From contig NC_083432.1 in the NCBI RefSeq assembly GCF_020745735.1, forward strand, positions 16,640,533-16,704,532: DNA of 64,000 bases, written 5' to 3'. Source of the stretch: Hemiscyllium ocellatum. Taxonomy: Eukaryota. The translations under genes and the position numbers were made by a program. This document shows, piece after piece, positions 11,303-23,860 of the stretch; the stretch's first letter is position 1, and each line of letters begins with the position of its first letter. The notes under the pieces are model-generated. The model did not search any database. It saw only the letters and a list, made by a program, of their open reading frames with translations, and was not told where the DNA came from.

Positions 11303-12899
11303 CTTGTGGTCAAACCACCTCCTACTCCCTGCTCAAGTTTACAATTGACAAGTGATTATGTGGGAGGGGCACTGGAGGGCTGATACTCTGAAAACATGGC
11401 CGGCAACATTCCTGGGAGACAAGAAAATAAATACACTGAAATGATAGCATGTTATGCTATAGGTTGCTCGACCTTTTGTGTAGAACATGAAGCTATTCAG
11501 ATCTTTAGCTACTGGAATGGCATTGACAACTTGTGCAACAAACAAAACCTTGCACTAAGTAAAGGTTTCTATTGCCATGAGGAAAACATCATTCAATTAT
11601 ACCAAAAAGGGTGGAATCATAGAAACGTATAGTATTCAGCCCACACGGTTTGTGCTGGGTGTTGAAACAGCAGCCCCACTACTTGGTCCATATCCTGCAT
11701 GTATTTTATCCTCCAGTACCTATCTCACATTCTTTTTAAAATTACTTACAGAATGAGCTTCCGTGTCTTAGGTCGAGATTCCAATGTCTGAATGAAAACA
11801 TTCGTCTTCAACTCCCCCGGCTACCCCTTTTGTCAATGGCTTGAAATTGCTAATCACTGATTTTTGAACCACTTAGTCAAGTAGTTACAAAAACCTGCCC
11901 ATAAATACATAAAGGATCAACAATCAATCACAAGACAACAGTCTATAAAAGGGTGCCATCAGCTTCTCATGCTGTATAAATCCAGCAAATTATATATGGG
12001 AACATAAAATCCTCCTTCAAACCACATCTTTCATAAGCTACAGGAAAGTACAACTGGACTGGAAAGACTGGTCTCCTCTCTCATTTTCGAACTGCTAACG
12101 TTTTATTAAGCAGCACATATGGAGTTTACCACTTGATCAAATATTCCAGTTGATCAAGAGGTCCACATTATCAATGTCAAAACACCCAGGAAGTAATAAA
12201 AATGTAATGCAGGGAGGTATACACATCACTGCTACACTTCATACACAGCATAAATCACTTAAATAATAACACAACTTTGCCTTAAATAAAGCCTACCAGC
12301 AGAGACTCTTCTCACTCACACCTTCAACTAACTACTTGGACATTGCAGAGATCACGATAACACAATAAGCTTCTGGTATTTCAGGTATACAACATTTGCC
12401 ACTGTATTGAGAGTGCTGGTTCATTTAACGTGCTAGTTAAAACAAAGATGGCTATATTACTAGCCTTCCCAGGTTGGGAATTCACTTTGCTGAAACTCCT
12501 TAATTAGATTAACTAATCCTTATCTTAGTTCAGTTCTTGGGGCTTTGCTGTGGAGAATGTGTGTGTGTCATAACAATGTGCATTTATGATAGATGAATCA
12601 TTAGAATGCTAAGAACAAGTACAAGTAAAGATGAATGAATTATTGACCTTTACTTTCACAGAAACAGGATGAAATGGGTTAGAAGTCATGCAAAAACAAA
12701 GCCAGAGACCGCACCCAGATTACAATGAGCAGTTCCAGGGACCACACCTTAATTCACTGGCCCGAAAGAGCGTGCAACAGAATGACCACAATAATAACTG
12801 GACTTCATGCGTCAAAATAGAGATCACACAATCCAGGGTTGTTTTCTCTGGAATCTAGAAGATCAAAGGATCATTTGCTTCAAGTTTCCACGATGTCCA

Positions 12900-13135
12900 T
12901 GGAGCCATAGACACAGTCGTACAACACGGAAAACAACTCATCCATGCCAACCAGATATCCTAAATTAATCTACACCCATTCACCAGCACTTGGCCCATAT
13001 TCTTCATATACCCATTCTCTTCATATACCCATCCAGATGCAATTCAGCCTCCTCCACTTTGTCTGGCAACTCATTCCATATATGCACCATCTCCTGCCTG
13101 AAAAGGTTGCCCCTTAAGCTGCTTTGAAATCTACT
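12900..13135 (-). mobile_element. CR1 LINE 3' end fragment
   Basis: Reverse complement of the CR1 3'UTR also seen at 43250-43475. Confidence 0.6.
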
Positions 13136-13519
13136 GAGCCTCTTCCTGGTGAGAAAAGTATATAGTTTGCTTGTTTGTTTTGGGTATCTTCACACCCTAT
13201 CCTCCTCTGAGAAGATGAATTTGCAAGCTGAACACATTATGAGTAGCACTATTCAAAAAAAAGGCTGTTCATCCAGATTCCCTAATCTAACAAATTCCAT
13301 TTATGTAGTACCTTCAATGTGGTTCAACCTTCCCAGGCTGTTAAAGCTAACAGGAAGAGGTAGGCCTTTTGGTAATTAAATGATGCTTAGCTACAAGGAA
13401 TGTTGCCAAGGAATAACACAAAACTACCTCTTACCTTTGGACAGGTTTACCACAGGGGAAAAAGAAAAATCATCATCACAATGTTCAAAGTATCTTCTAC
13501 ACCAGTTAGGTTGGCAAGA

Positions 13520-13935
13520 GACTGGTTGAGCTATAGGGAAACATTGAATGGGCGGGGCCTGTTTCCCTGAAGTGTCAGAGGCTAAGGGGTGACCTTAGAG
13601 AGTTTTCATAGATACGGTAAAATAGACAACGTCTTTTCCCTGGGGTGGAGGAGTTCAGAACTAAAGGACATAGGTTTAGGATGAGGGGGAAAAGATTTAT
13701 AAGGGACCTAAGGGGCAACATTTTCAGAGGGTGATGCCTGTATGGAATGAGCTGTCAGGAGAAGTGGTGCAGGCTAATACAATTACAATACAATTAAAAG
13801 TCTTCTCGATGGCTACATGAATAAGAAGAGTTTAGAAGGATATGGGCCAAGTGTGGGCAAATGGGACTGGATTAGGAGCATGGACAAGTTGGACTGAAGT
13901 GTCTATTTCCATGCTGTACTTTTAAGAGTCTATAT
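13520..13935 (+). mobile_element. CR1 LINE 3' end
   Basis: gctaaggggtgacctt (RLRGDL), RTKGHRF and WNEL motifs, then the CR1 3'UTR. Confidence 0.75.
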
Positions 13936-14258
13936 GAGGACACCATTCACAGCTTGACCCACTTGCAGCATCACACAAATTAGTTCCATTCATACAAATA
14001 AGGAAGAAGGGAAGGTCACTCAGCCCTTCAATCCTGCTTCACCATTCAATAAGATCATGGGTGATTGGACTTTAATCTCAACTCTACAGTCCTGCATACC
14101 CCTAATAATCTTACATCTCCTTGGCAACCAGGACCTACCTACCTACCTCTGCCTTCAACGTATTTAAAGATTCTGCATTTTCAGGAAGACTAATAGGCCT
14201 CAGAGGGAAAAAACATTCCTCATCTCAATTGAATAGGCATCTTCTTATTTTTAAGCTT

Positions 14259-14575
14259 TTACATTACATTAATTTCTTACAGTGTGGAAACAGGCCCTTC
14301 GGTCCAACAAGCCCACACCGCCCCGCTGAAAAGCAACCCACCCATTCCCCTATATTTACCCCTTTACCTAACACTACGGGCAATTTAGCATGGCTAATTC
14401 ACCTAACCTGCACATCTTTGGACTGTGGGAGGAAATCAGAGCACCCGGAGGAAACCCACACAGACACAGGGAGAACATGCAAACTCCACACAGTCAGTCG
14501 CCTGAGTCGGGAATTGAACCCGGGTGCCCGGCGCTGTGAGGCAGCAGTGCTCACCACTGTGCCACCATGCCGCCC
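14259..14575 (-). mobile_element. HE1/V-SINE, near full length
   Basis: Minus strand gggcggcatggtggcacagtggtgagcactgctgcctcacagcgcc...gggttcaattccc...gggcctgtttccacactgtaag. Confidence 0.9.
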
Positions 14576-14709
14576 AATATTCAGCACGTTCCCACACCAC
14601 AGTTAATTCCCCTGGAAGCTAATCAATTTTACTTTTGTTTTGAACATCAACGCAGCGGGGATGGAAGCAGCATTTTTTTTTAAACAATGCTGCGGCAGTG
14701 GAGTTGAAA

Positions 14710-14791
14710 TGACAGTGGTGGGATTCGAACCCATGACCCTTTCAGGACTGGAACCTGGACCCAGCACCTTAGACCGCTTAGGTACACTACC
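14710..14791 (-). pseudogene. Divergent tRNA-Leu copy (AAG/TAG-type body, CAG in the anticodon position); probably a pseudogene
   Basis: GGTAGTGTACCTAAGCGGTCTAAGGTGCTGGGTCCAGGTTCCAGTCCTGAAAGGGTCATGGGTTCGAATCCCACCACTGTCA; acceptor, anticodon and variable arms can pair; C at position 33, A-C mismatch in the T stem, only TTT downstream. Confidence 0.7.
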
Positions 14792-15193
14792 AACCATAGT
14801 TTTATCCCTAGTTCAACATTCTCCTACAACAGAAAACATTCATTCCACATCCATCCAGTCAAATCCCCTCAGGATCTTAGATACCTAACTTAGAGGATAC
14901 ACATCTCATCTGTCCAGCCTTTCCTCATAAGGCAATCCCTTGTTAGAACTCCCCAGTGACACAATGTTTGCCTTTTCACAGTTACTTCCTATTCCCTCTT
15001 GAGTTGCTATTACATCAGCTTCCAACAACCTTTCAGTTAATTAGAATCATAGAATTTTACAGAGCAGGAGGCCAATTGACCCACTGTATTTGTACTGGTT
15101 CCCAAAAGAGCACCCCAGCTTTTCTCCAGTCCCTTTGCTCTAGCTCTCTAAATTCATCAACTGCATACTCACATGGTTAGGCAGCTTATATTG

Positions 15194-15329
15194 ATCAGAT
15201 TCCTGATGAAGGGCTTTTGCCCGAAACGTCGATTTCGCTGCACTTTGGATGCTGCCTGAACTGCTGTGCTCTTCCAGCACTACTAATCCAGAATCTGGTT
15301 TCCAGCATCTGCAGTCATTGTTTTTACCT
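15194..15329 (+). mobile_element. 136-bp Penelope pLTR unit (family A) beginning at an intact HHR core, 11-bp TSD
   Basis: TSD AGCTTATATTG at 15183-15193 and 15330-15340; CTGATGA 15203-15209, GGGC-TTTT-GCCC, GAAACGTC 15223-15230. Confidence 0.88.
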
Positions 15330-16109
15330 AGCTTATATTGTGTCGTGCATGTAAGAGTAATTGAACATATTTAATTTTTCAAGTCATTTATTCTTTCACG
15401 GGGTTTGGGCATCAGTGACAAGTTTGGTATTTGTTGCCCATCCCTATTTGCCCTCCAGAGTGGCTTGTTAGGCCATTTCAGAAGACAATTTTGAGCCTCA
15501 TTGCTGTGAGCCTGAAGAAGCACAAGGGCAGACCTCGTATGGTTATAGGTTTCCTTCCTTAAAAGACATCTGATGATGGTTTCTCAGGTGGGTTGAGATT
15601 TACCCTCGTTAGATGAAGAATAGACCCTTTATTTTTCTCCAGTGTATCTGAGACCAAATGCAATAAAAAGTATGAGTGACACATTTCCCATGAACCCATC
15701 CTGTCAGCCCTGTAATAATACTGTCAAGCTATTCCTATTAGTTTTAAGCTCATGGCCACATTGATTGAGGTTTCTCTCTCTCTATTATTTCGCAGTCTGA
15801 GCGTTACATGCTAGACCAGTATTTACTGTCAATCCTTAACTGCCCTTGAGGTGATGCTGGTACACTGCTTTCTTGAACTATGTGGTGCAAGAGCACCCAG
15901 AGGGCCATTCGATCAGCAACAGTGGAAAAAACTGTGGGAGATTTCCAAGTCTGGATGATACCTGGTAACCGATAGGATTCCTGTGTATCTGCTTTCCTTT
16001 TCTTTCTAGGTTAATGCTTCCCAATCTTTATCCCCATCATTATGTTAATTCAATGCTTGAAAATAGTCAGAAATGCTCACAGAAAAGGGCAGTAGGGGAC
16101 AGAGGGATC

Positions 16110-16400
16110 TGCTGGACATCTTCCTTCCCATCTATCTGCTCCACCCTCCACTCCGACCTATCACCTGCACCCCCACCTTCATCTACCTATCGCGTTCCCA
16201 GCTACCTTCCACCAGCTCCACTCCCCTCCTATTTATCTCTCAGCGTGCTTGCCCCTCTCCCTCACCCCCAATTCCTGAAGCGCTTATACTGAAAATGTCA
16301 ACTCTCTTGTTCCTCTGATGCTGCCTGACCGGCTGTGCTTTTCCAGCACCACACTTTTTGACTCTGATCTACAACATCTGCAGTCCTCATTTTCTCCCTG
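16110..16400 (+). mobile_element. Degenerate family A Penelope pLTR
   Basis: Pyrimidine-rich pLTR, decayed HHR near 16272-16300, tail ...catctgcagtcctcatttttctcc. Confidence 0.75.
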
Positions 16401-16487
16401 CTGGAACAGAAACACAGCTATTATAGTTCTTCAGAACTCCAGGGCAGCTATGGTGAGGAAGGTAATTGTGAAATGGTAATGTTATAA

Positions 16488-17560
16488 CATAGGCCCTTCA
16501 GCCCTCGATGTTGCCCTGTGAAATTAATCTGAAGCCCATCTAACCTACACTATTTCATTCTAGTCCATATGCCTATCCAATGACCATTTAAATGCCCTTA
16601 AAAGGAGGCATGTCTACAGCTGTTGCAGGCAGGGCATTCCATGCCACGACTACTGTCCGAGTAAAGAACCTACCTCTGACATCTTTTCTGTATCCATCAC
16701 CCCTTAATTTAAAACTATAATCCCTTGTACTAGCCATCACCATCCTTGGAAAAAGGCTCTCACTGTCCACCCTACCTAACCCTCTGATTATATGTCTCAA
16801 TTAAGTCACCTCTCAACCACCTTCTCTCTAACGAAACCAGCCTCAAGTCCCTCAGCCTTGCCTCTTAAGACTTTCCCTCCATACCAGACAACATCCTAAT
16901 AAATCTCCTCTGAACCCTTTCTAAAGCTTCCACATCCTTCCTATAATGCAGTGACCAGAACTGTACACAATACTCCCAAGTGCAGCCGCACCAAAGTTTT
17001 GTCCAGCTGCAGCATAATCTCCAAAACCTGACCCCTCTACTAATAAAAGCTAGCACACCGTATGCCTTAATAGCCCTATCAACCTGGGTGTCAACTTTGA
17101 GGAATCTATGTACATGGACATCAAGATCTCTCTGCTCATCTACACTACCAAGTATCTTGCCATTTGCCCAGTACTCTGCATTCCCGTTATTCCTTCAAAA
17201 GAGAATCACCTCACACTTTTCTGCATTAAACTCCATTTGCCACCTCTCAGCCCAGCTCTGCAGCTTATCTATGTCCTTCTGTAACCTATAACATCCTTCA
17301 GCACTATCTACAACTGTACTGACCTCAATGACATCTGCAAATTTACTAACCCCAAATTTACTAACCCATCCTTCTATGCCCTCATCCAGTTAGTTTACTA
17401 AAAGGACCAACAGCAGTGGCCCCAAAACAGATCCTTGAGGTACACCACTAGTAACTAGTAAATGAACATTTCTCATCAATCATTACCCTGTCTTCTTCCA
17501 GCTAGCCAATTTCGGATCCAAACTGCTAAATTGTCCTCAATCTCATGCCTCTGTATTTTG
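16488..17560 (-). mobile_element. CR1 LINE 3' part (RT C-terminus and 3'UTR)
   Basis: MLAFISRG, EYCVQFWSLHYRKDVEALERVQRRFIRML, GRFFTRTVV.AWNALP. Confidence 0.9.
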
Positions 17561-20262
17561 TTAATGAATTAGTAATCCAGAAGCCCAGGCCATTACACGG
17601 TGGTATGGGTTTGAATCCCACTATGACAGATGGTGAAATTTGAATTTAATATATTTTTTTCTCTATTCCAGAATTTATTAAAACACCTGTTGACTTATAG
17701 CCATTAGGAAATTACACGCTCTCACATAGATGCATCTCCAAACCTACAACAAATCAGCTGTATCTTTACTGCCCTCGGGATGATGAGGAATTGATAAATG
17801 ATCTAACCAGAGATGCCCACATCCCATGAACAAATGAACTAAAGGTTGCCTAAGATTGTACAACGCAAACATTTCAGCTTGCTCCCTTGGGTTCCAATCT
17901 CCATTTTGGGAAGCCTTGTACATTGTAGTGGATTTTCTGGCTTTGGTACATGGTATTGAGGCAGCTGAGTGGGAGAAAGATCATGAACTCCAAGTTTCAA
18001 AAACTTGCCTTGCCACCCGCCACTTACACTGATATTAATCATAGCCTGACTGCTTTTGGAGGGTACAACTTGAAGTAAACATCTCACAAGAAACTGCCAC
18101 AGATGTCAAGTGCACTTGGGCAACATGTGTTCTGCAATGCAATACTGGTGGTGAGTCCTGGGCCAGGCTGTGGCGGGGGTGGGGGCAGTCTGTCCCAGGC
18201 CAGAGCAGGGCATTCGTTCGAATGCACCTGACAATAAAAGCTAATTCAAGAGTCTTTTTTTTTGTGAACCACTACTGTCGAAAAAATAGTAATTTATCAT
18301 GACTAAAGGAAGTTAGCTTGGCTGTGAAAGCGTGATATCAGTAAATTCTAAATAAGTATTTTCATAATTCGCTTCAGTTATGAAAATGGACAGACATTTG
18401 GTGAGACAAGTCAAATAACTCTCTCAAGGGGTACAGTTTAGTCACAATAGACCGAATGACTTTCTTTTATTTTCATGGAAAGTCAGTGTCCCAGCATCTG
18501 TTGCTCATCTCAAATTACCCCTCAAGTTGTAGGGCCAGTACAGAGGGCTGTTATGGGTCAAGTACATTACAATGGAGCCACATGCATCTCCTTTCTCAAT
18601 GGAAATAGAAGAATCAGATGAGTTTTTACAACAATCAAATGACAACTGTCATGGTTACCACAATTGAGATTAATTCCCAAATCCAGAATTATTACTTAAT
18701 TTTCAGTTCCAATGGGAGATTCCAACCTGTGTTTTCAGAGCATTCGCCTGGGCGAATTTCAGCGAATTCGCCTGGATTAATACACAATGAGTGACATTTC
18801 CATGACATCACCAACTCCACCCCTCCCACACTAAAATTCTGGAATCAGGCAATGAACATGCCCTGCCCACTTTATAAGGTGCGGCACCACACAAATGAAG
18901 CTTTGAGCAACAAGGCCTTTTCATGCAAAAGAGAAGATTATTTTGGATGGAATCCCTGGTTTGAATAATTCACAAAGTAGTCAGGAATTCACGAATGACA
19001 ACCCCTTCAGGAATTTTCCAAGACACGGTGCTCTGAGGGCACAGATCTCAGAGTCAGAGTCAATTAGTAATTGTTCAGTTTATGCTGCATCTCCTGCACC
19101 ATAAAAGACTGCTTTCGCAAATATTTACTTAGGGCTCAATTTGATAATGGATGAGCTAAATCTGGAAACAAAGATTTGTGGCCATTATCTGAGCGTAACT
19201 GACAATCCTTTCACCGAAACACCTGCAGGGCTGTTTATTCTTCCCAGCAAGATTAGAAGTTGCCACCTATAAATTATCTATGCTAGTATCCCATTCACTG
19301 TAAAATCACTTCGGACATCCTGAACAGAGCTAGGTAGTCTCAAAATTGTTTCATTTTTCAATTACACAAAACCTCTAAATTATTCAGGAATTAAAACAGA
19401 TGGTAGATGTTTCACAAATCCTTAAAGGTTTGTCATTCTGTAACATTCCCTTCAAACTCCCAGTTCAGAGAAGGCTTACTCTATTTATTCCTGGAATAAG
19501 GGTGTTATCTTACAAGGAAAGATCAGATCGCAATTTGGACAGATTCATTGGCTTTTAGAAGAATGAGAGGTGATAAAACAGAACAGTACAGCACGGTACA
19601 GGCCCTTTGGCCCTCAGTGTTGTGCTGACCTTTTATCCTAAGATCAGACTAACCTACATACCCCTCATTGTATTATCTTCCATGTGCCTATCCAAGAGTC
19701 ACAAAAATGCCCCTAATGTATCTGACTCTACTGTCACTGCTGTCAGTGCATTTCATGCATCCACCCCTCTGTAAATAACCCACCTGTGACATCTCCTCTC
19801 ATCCTTCTTCCAATCACCTTAAAATTATGCCTCCTTGTGACAGATATTTCCACCCTGGGAAAACATCTCTGGCTATCCACTCTATGCCTCTCATCATCTT
19901 GTACACCTGTATCAAGTCACCTCTCATCATTCATCTTCCAGTGAGAAAAGCCCTAGTTCCCTCAACCTTTCTTCATAAGACATGCCCTCCAGTTCAGTCA
20001 GCATCCTGGTAAGTCTCCTCTGCACCCTCCCTGAAGCTTCCACATCTTTCCTATAATGAGGCAACCAGAACTGAACATAATATTCCAAGTGTGATCTAAC
20101 CAGGGCTTTGATAGAGCTACAGCTCATGGCTCATAATCTCAATCCCCCTGCTAATGAAAGCCAACACACCATACACCTTAACAACCTTATCAACTTGGAT
20201 GGCAACTTTGAGGGATCTAGGGACATGGACCACAAGATCCCTCTGTTCCTCAACATTGCCAA

Positions 20263-20775
20263 TGAGAACGGGTGTAGGGAAGGAGTTAAGTTCTGAGTTT
20301 TATGAAACATGTGGTTCAGCTGAGCATGACTCAGTTCAGATAAGAACTAGAAGTTAATAATGGGGTGCTGGAGGCAAGCATAATGAGTTAACAAGGTGGA
20401 AAGGCATTCATTATGTCGAGCCATTTAACAATATTGGAAGCATTCAATACACAAGATCAGTTTAACAAGGTGAAAAGTATTCATTAATGTGAAGCCAGTT
20501 AAGGTTAAGAATATTCACTGTGTAACAGCAGGTGGCTTAATCTTTAACATTACAATCAACAAGTGTCAATGGTCACCCAAAAAATATGTTGCCTTACCTC
20601 AATGCTCCTCCCTGTAAAATGACTATATAATTCATTAAGAAACTGCTTTTCCAGAAAAGACTGAGAACCCAGGTCTCTGTTCTGTCTCCCTCCAGGGCCT
20701 GGAATAATGTGAAGGAGATAAAACTATACTGTGTCTCAGGGTTTTGCTTCGATTGAGGGGGAAAATGAGACGCCA
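20263..20775 (+). mobile_element. Solo LTR (TG...CA, 4-bp TSD CCAA)
   Basis: CCAA at 20259-20262 and 20776-20779; TATATAA near 20624; ~40-bp direct repeats near 20388 and 20462. Confidence 0.65.
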
Positions 20776-20995
20776 CCAAGAATCCAAACTTTAACCTAGC
20801 TTTCAAATTTGATCTTCCAAAGTGGATCACTTCACACTTTTCTCAGTTAAATTCCATCTGCCACCAATCAGCTCAGTTCTGCATCCTGTCCAATGTCCTG
20901 TTGCAATCTACAACAGCCCTCCACACTATCTGCCACTCCACCAACCTTTGTGTTATTGGCAAAATTACTAACCCACCCTTCCATTTCCTCATCCA

Positions 20996-22367
20996 GGAGA
21001 CAGTGAGGACTGCAGATCAGCACCACCCCCCACCTTTTCCCCCACTACATCGATGACTGTATCGGTGCTACCTCGCGCTCCCACGAGGAGGTTGAACAGT
21101 TCATCCACTTTACTAACACCTTCCACCCCGACATCAAGTTTACCTAGACTGTCTCAGACTCCTCCCTCCCCTTCCTAGACCTCTCCATTTCTATCTTGGA
21201 CGACCGACTCAACACGGACGTTTACTATAAACCGACTGACTCCCACAACTACATAGATTACACCTTCTCCCACCCTGCACCCTGTAAAAACAACATCCCA
21301 TTTTCCCAATTTCTTTGCCACATCTGCTCCCAGGAGGACCAGTACCAATATCGAACAACCTAGATGGCCTCCTTCTTCAAAGACCGCAAATTCCCCTCAG
21401 ATGTGGTTGACGATGCTCTCCACCGCATCTCCTCCACTTCCTGCTCCTCCGCCCTTGAATCCCACCCCTCCAATCGCCACCAGGCCAGAACCCCACCGTT
21501 CCCTCAACTACCACCCCACCAACCTCGTATCACCCGTTGGCATTTCCGCCACCTCCAAACAGACACCAAGGATATATTACCCTCCCCACCCCTATCAGCG
21601 TTCCAGAAAGACCACTCCCTCATCCGATCCATACCCCCACCAACCCAACCTCTACTCCCGGCACCTTAGCCTGCAACTGCAAGAAATGCAAAACTTGTGT
21701 CCACACCTCCCCCCTTACTTCCCTCCAAGGCCCCAAGGGATCCTTCCATATCCGTCAGAAATTCACCTGCACCTCCACACATCATTTACTGCATCCGCTG
21801 CACCCGATGTGGCCTTCTATACATTGGGGAGACAGGCCGCCTACTTGCAAAACGTTTCAGAGAACACCTTTGGCACACCCGCACCAACCAACCCAACCAC
21901 CCCGTGGCTGAACACCAACTCCCCCTCCCACTCCACGGACATGCAGGTCCTTGGCCTCCATCACCAGACCATAGCAACACGACGGCTGGAGGAAGAGCGC
22001 CTCATCTTCCGCCTAGGAACCCTCCAACCATCAGGGATGAATGCAAATTTCTCCAGCTTTCTCATTTCCCCTCCCCCCACCTTTTCTCAGTCCCAACCCT
22101 CAGACTCAGCACCGCCTTCTCGACCTGCAATCTTCTTCCCGACCTCTCCGGCCCCCGCCCCCTCTCCAGCCTATCACCCTCACCTTAACCTCCTTCCACC
22201 TATCATATTCCCAACGCCCGTCCCCCAAGTCCCTTCTCCCGACCTTTTATCTTAGCCTGCTTGGCACACCCTCCTCATTCCTGAAGGGCTTATGCCCGAA
22301 ACGTTGATTCTCCTGCTCCTTTGATGCTGCCGGACCTGCTGCGCTTTTCCAGCAACACATTTTTAAG
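20996..22367 (+). mobile_element. 5'-truncated Penelope-like element (family A): RT C-terminus, GIY-YIG, pLTR, with a short inverted tail at the 5' end
   Basis: YIDDCIG, LPFLDL, YYKPTD, IYCIRCTRCGLLYIGETGRLLAKRFREHL, LEEERLIFRLGTLQPSGMN; TSD CA(T/C)TTCCTCATCCA at 20982-20995 and 22368-22381. Confidence 0.9.
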
Positions 22368-23539
22368 CACTTCCTCATCCATGTCATTTATAAAAACCAC
22401 AAAGAGCAGAGATCCCAGAACCGATATCTGCAGAACACCACTGATCACCAAGCTCCAGGATGAATACTTTCTATCTATCACCACCCTCTGTCTATGAGCC
22501 AGCTAATTCTGTATCCAGACAGCCAAATTCCCCTGTATTCCATGTCTCCTTACTTTCTGAATGAGCCTACCATGTACACCACAATCACTGTTCTAACTTC
22601 AACATGATCTTAGAAAAAGCACATACATTCCTGAGGGACCTGGACAGGATGCTGAAAGGATATTTCCCCTTATGGAAGGGACTAGAACCACAAGAGATTA
22701 CTTGAAAGTAAAAAAATCTCACAGTTAAGATGAAGATGATTAGGGATTACTTTTCTTTCAGAAGGTTGAGTTTCTACATGGAATCTGATTCAAAAGACAT
22801 TGGAAGCAGCATCTTAGAATATTTTTAAGGCAGGACAGATATGTCGTTGTTTAGCAAGGTGGGGAAAATTCACTCAGGGCAGCCAGGAACAGAGTTCAGA
22901 TCAGCCACTACTTTATTCATTGGCAGAGTAGATTGAAGGGAGTTTTGGCATCCCCGAATTGTAAGGTACCTCGATTTTCAAAATTTAAAACTAAGACACA
23001 TCGAAAAACCATAGGAAGAAAAGATTCCAATGGCAGAAGTCCAACAGAGGGACAGAAGAAGATGTGAAGTTAAGTGATATTATCACGTAACAATTATCCA
23101 GTCCGATTTGGCAACATTTTTCCACAACTCATCAGTAATGGTGCCGTCAGTACCAAAAGTTAGTAACTCCTCCCTTGGAAGCACAAGGGAGGTGGGGCAA
23201 GCGGTACAGTTCTACTGCACGAGATATGATGGATGTTGACAGGAAAGAAGCAAATTTCACAAAATATCCTCTTTCCAGGTCCAGTTTACCTTTGGCAATG
23301 AGAAAGGGACAAGTGAAAATCAGGACAATTAAACCATTTTTACGAACTTGATGGGATACTAGAACATTTAATGAAAAGTCAGGACTAGCCCAACAAAACC
23401 AGGATGTCTAATTACCCCACAACAGCTACGTCTGATTTTCTATGAAAGGCTAAAGATGCACTGGAAGGCAGCCGATTGAGAAGGTCTCACTTTCAGTTGG
23501 AGGCCAAGTGTGTCAGGTTTCCAACATCACACAACGCAG

Positions 23540-23860
23540 CCCTCCAGTGGAGCAAACAAGGTACTGCACTTAGAGTCCTTTTACAATCAATGATGTGCTA
23601 CTGTAATACAGGAAACCTGTAAGAATGGATAGTCTCTTTCTAGTGAAGTTGGTTGAGGGATAAATATCAGGAACAACAAGAGGAAGAACTACTCCACTCC
23701 TCTTTGAAACAGTGACAAGCATTTGAGAGAGTCTAAAAGAAGGCAGCTCCAATAGTCAGTACTCCCAGTGTCAGCCTTTATTTCATACTCAAGTTTCTAG
23801 CTCGGGCCTTGAACAAACCACCTCCAGGTCTGAGCCTAGAGTATAACTACTGAGCCAAGG
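23540..23860 (-). mobile_element. Deu-domain-type (SacSINE1-like) SINE, diverged
   Basis: Resembles the reverse complement of the 40190-40570 copy (box-B gttcaag, ctgacactggga, atatttatccctcaacc). Confidence 0.45.

Larger units (their letters stand above)
19575..22575 (-). mobile_element. CR1 LINE fragment interrupted by a solo LTR and a Penelope insertion
   Basis: ALVRSHLEYYVQFWLPHYRKDVEA; SGVLQISVLGSLLFVVFINDMDEEV; the CR1 sequence resumes across both inserts. Confidence 0.85.

Noticed and set aside
13425-13500. Minus-strand donor AAG|GTAAGA as a further ARHGAP27 exon
   Set aside because: No convincing acceptor and no WW/PH/GAP similarity in the upstream sequence.
17335-17370. Small tandem duplications (also near 13000-13032)
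   Set aside because: Ordinary slippage duplications inside CR1 remnants.
21401-22255. 284-aa and 262-aa (52544-53332) ORFs as host genes
   Set aside because: Frameshifted or off-frame readings of decayed Penelope RT/GIY-YIG sequence.
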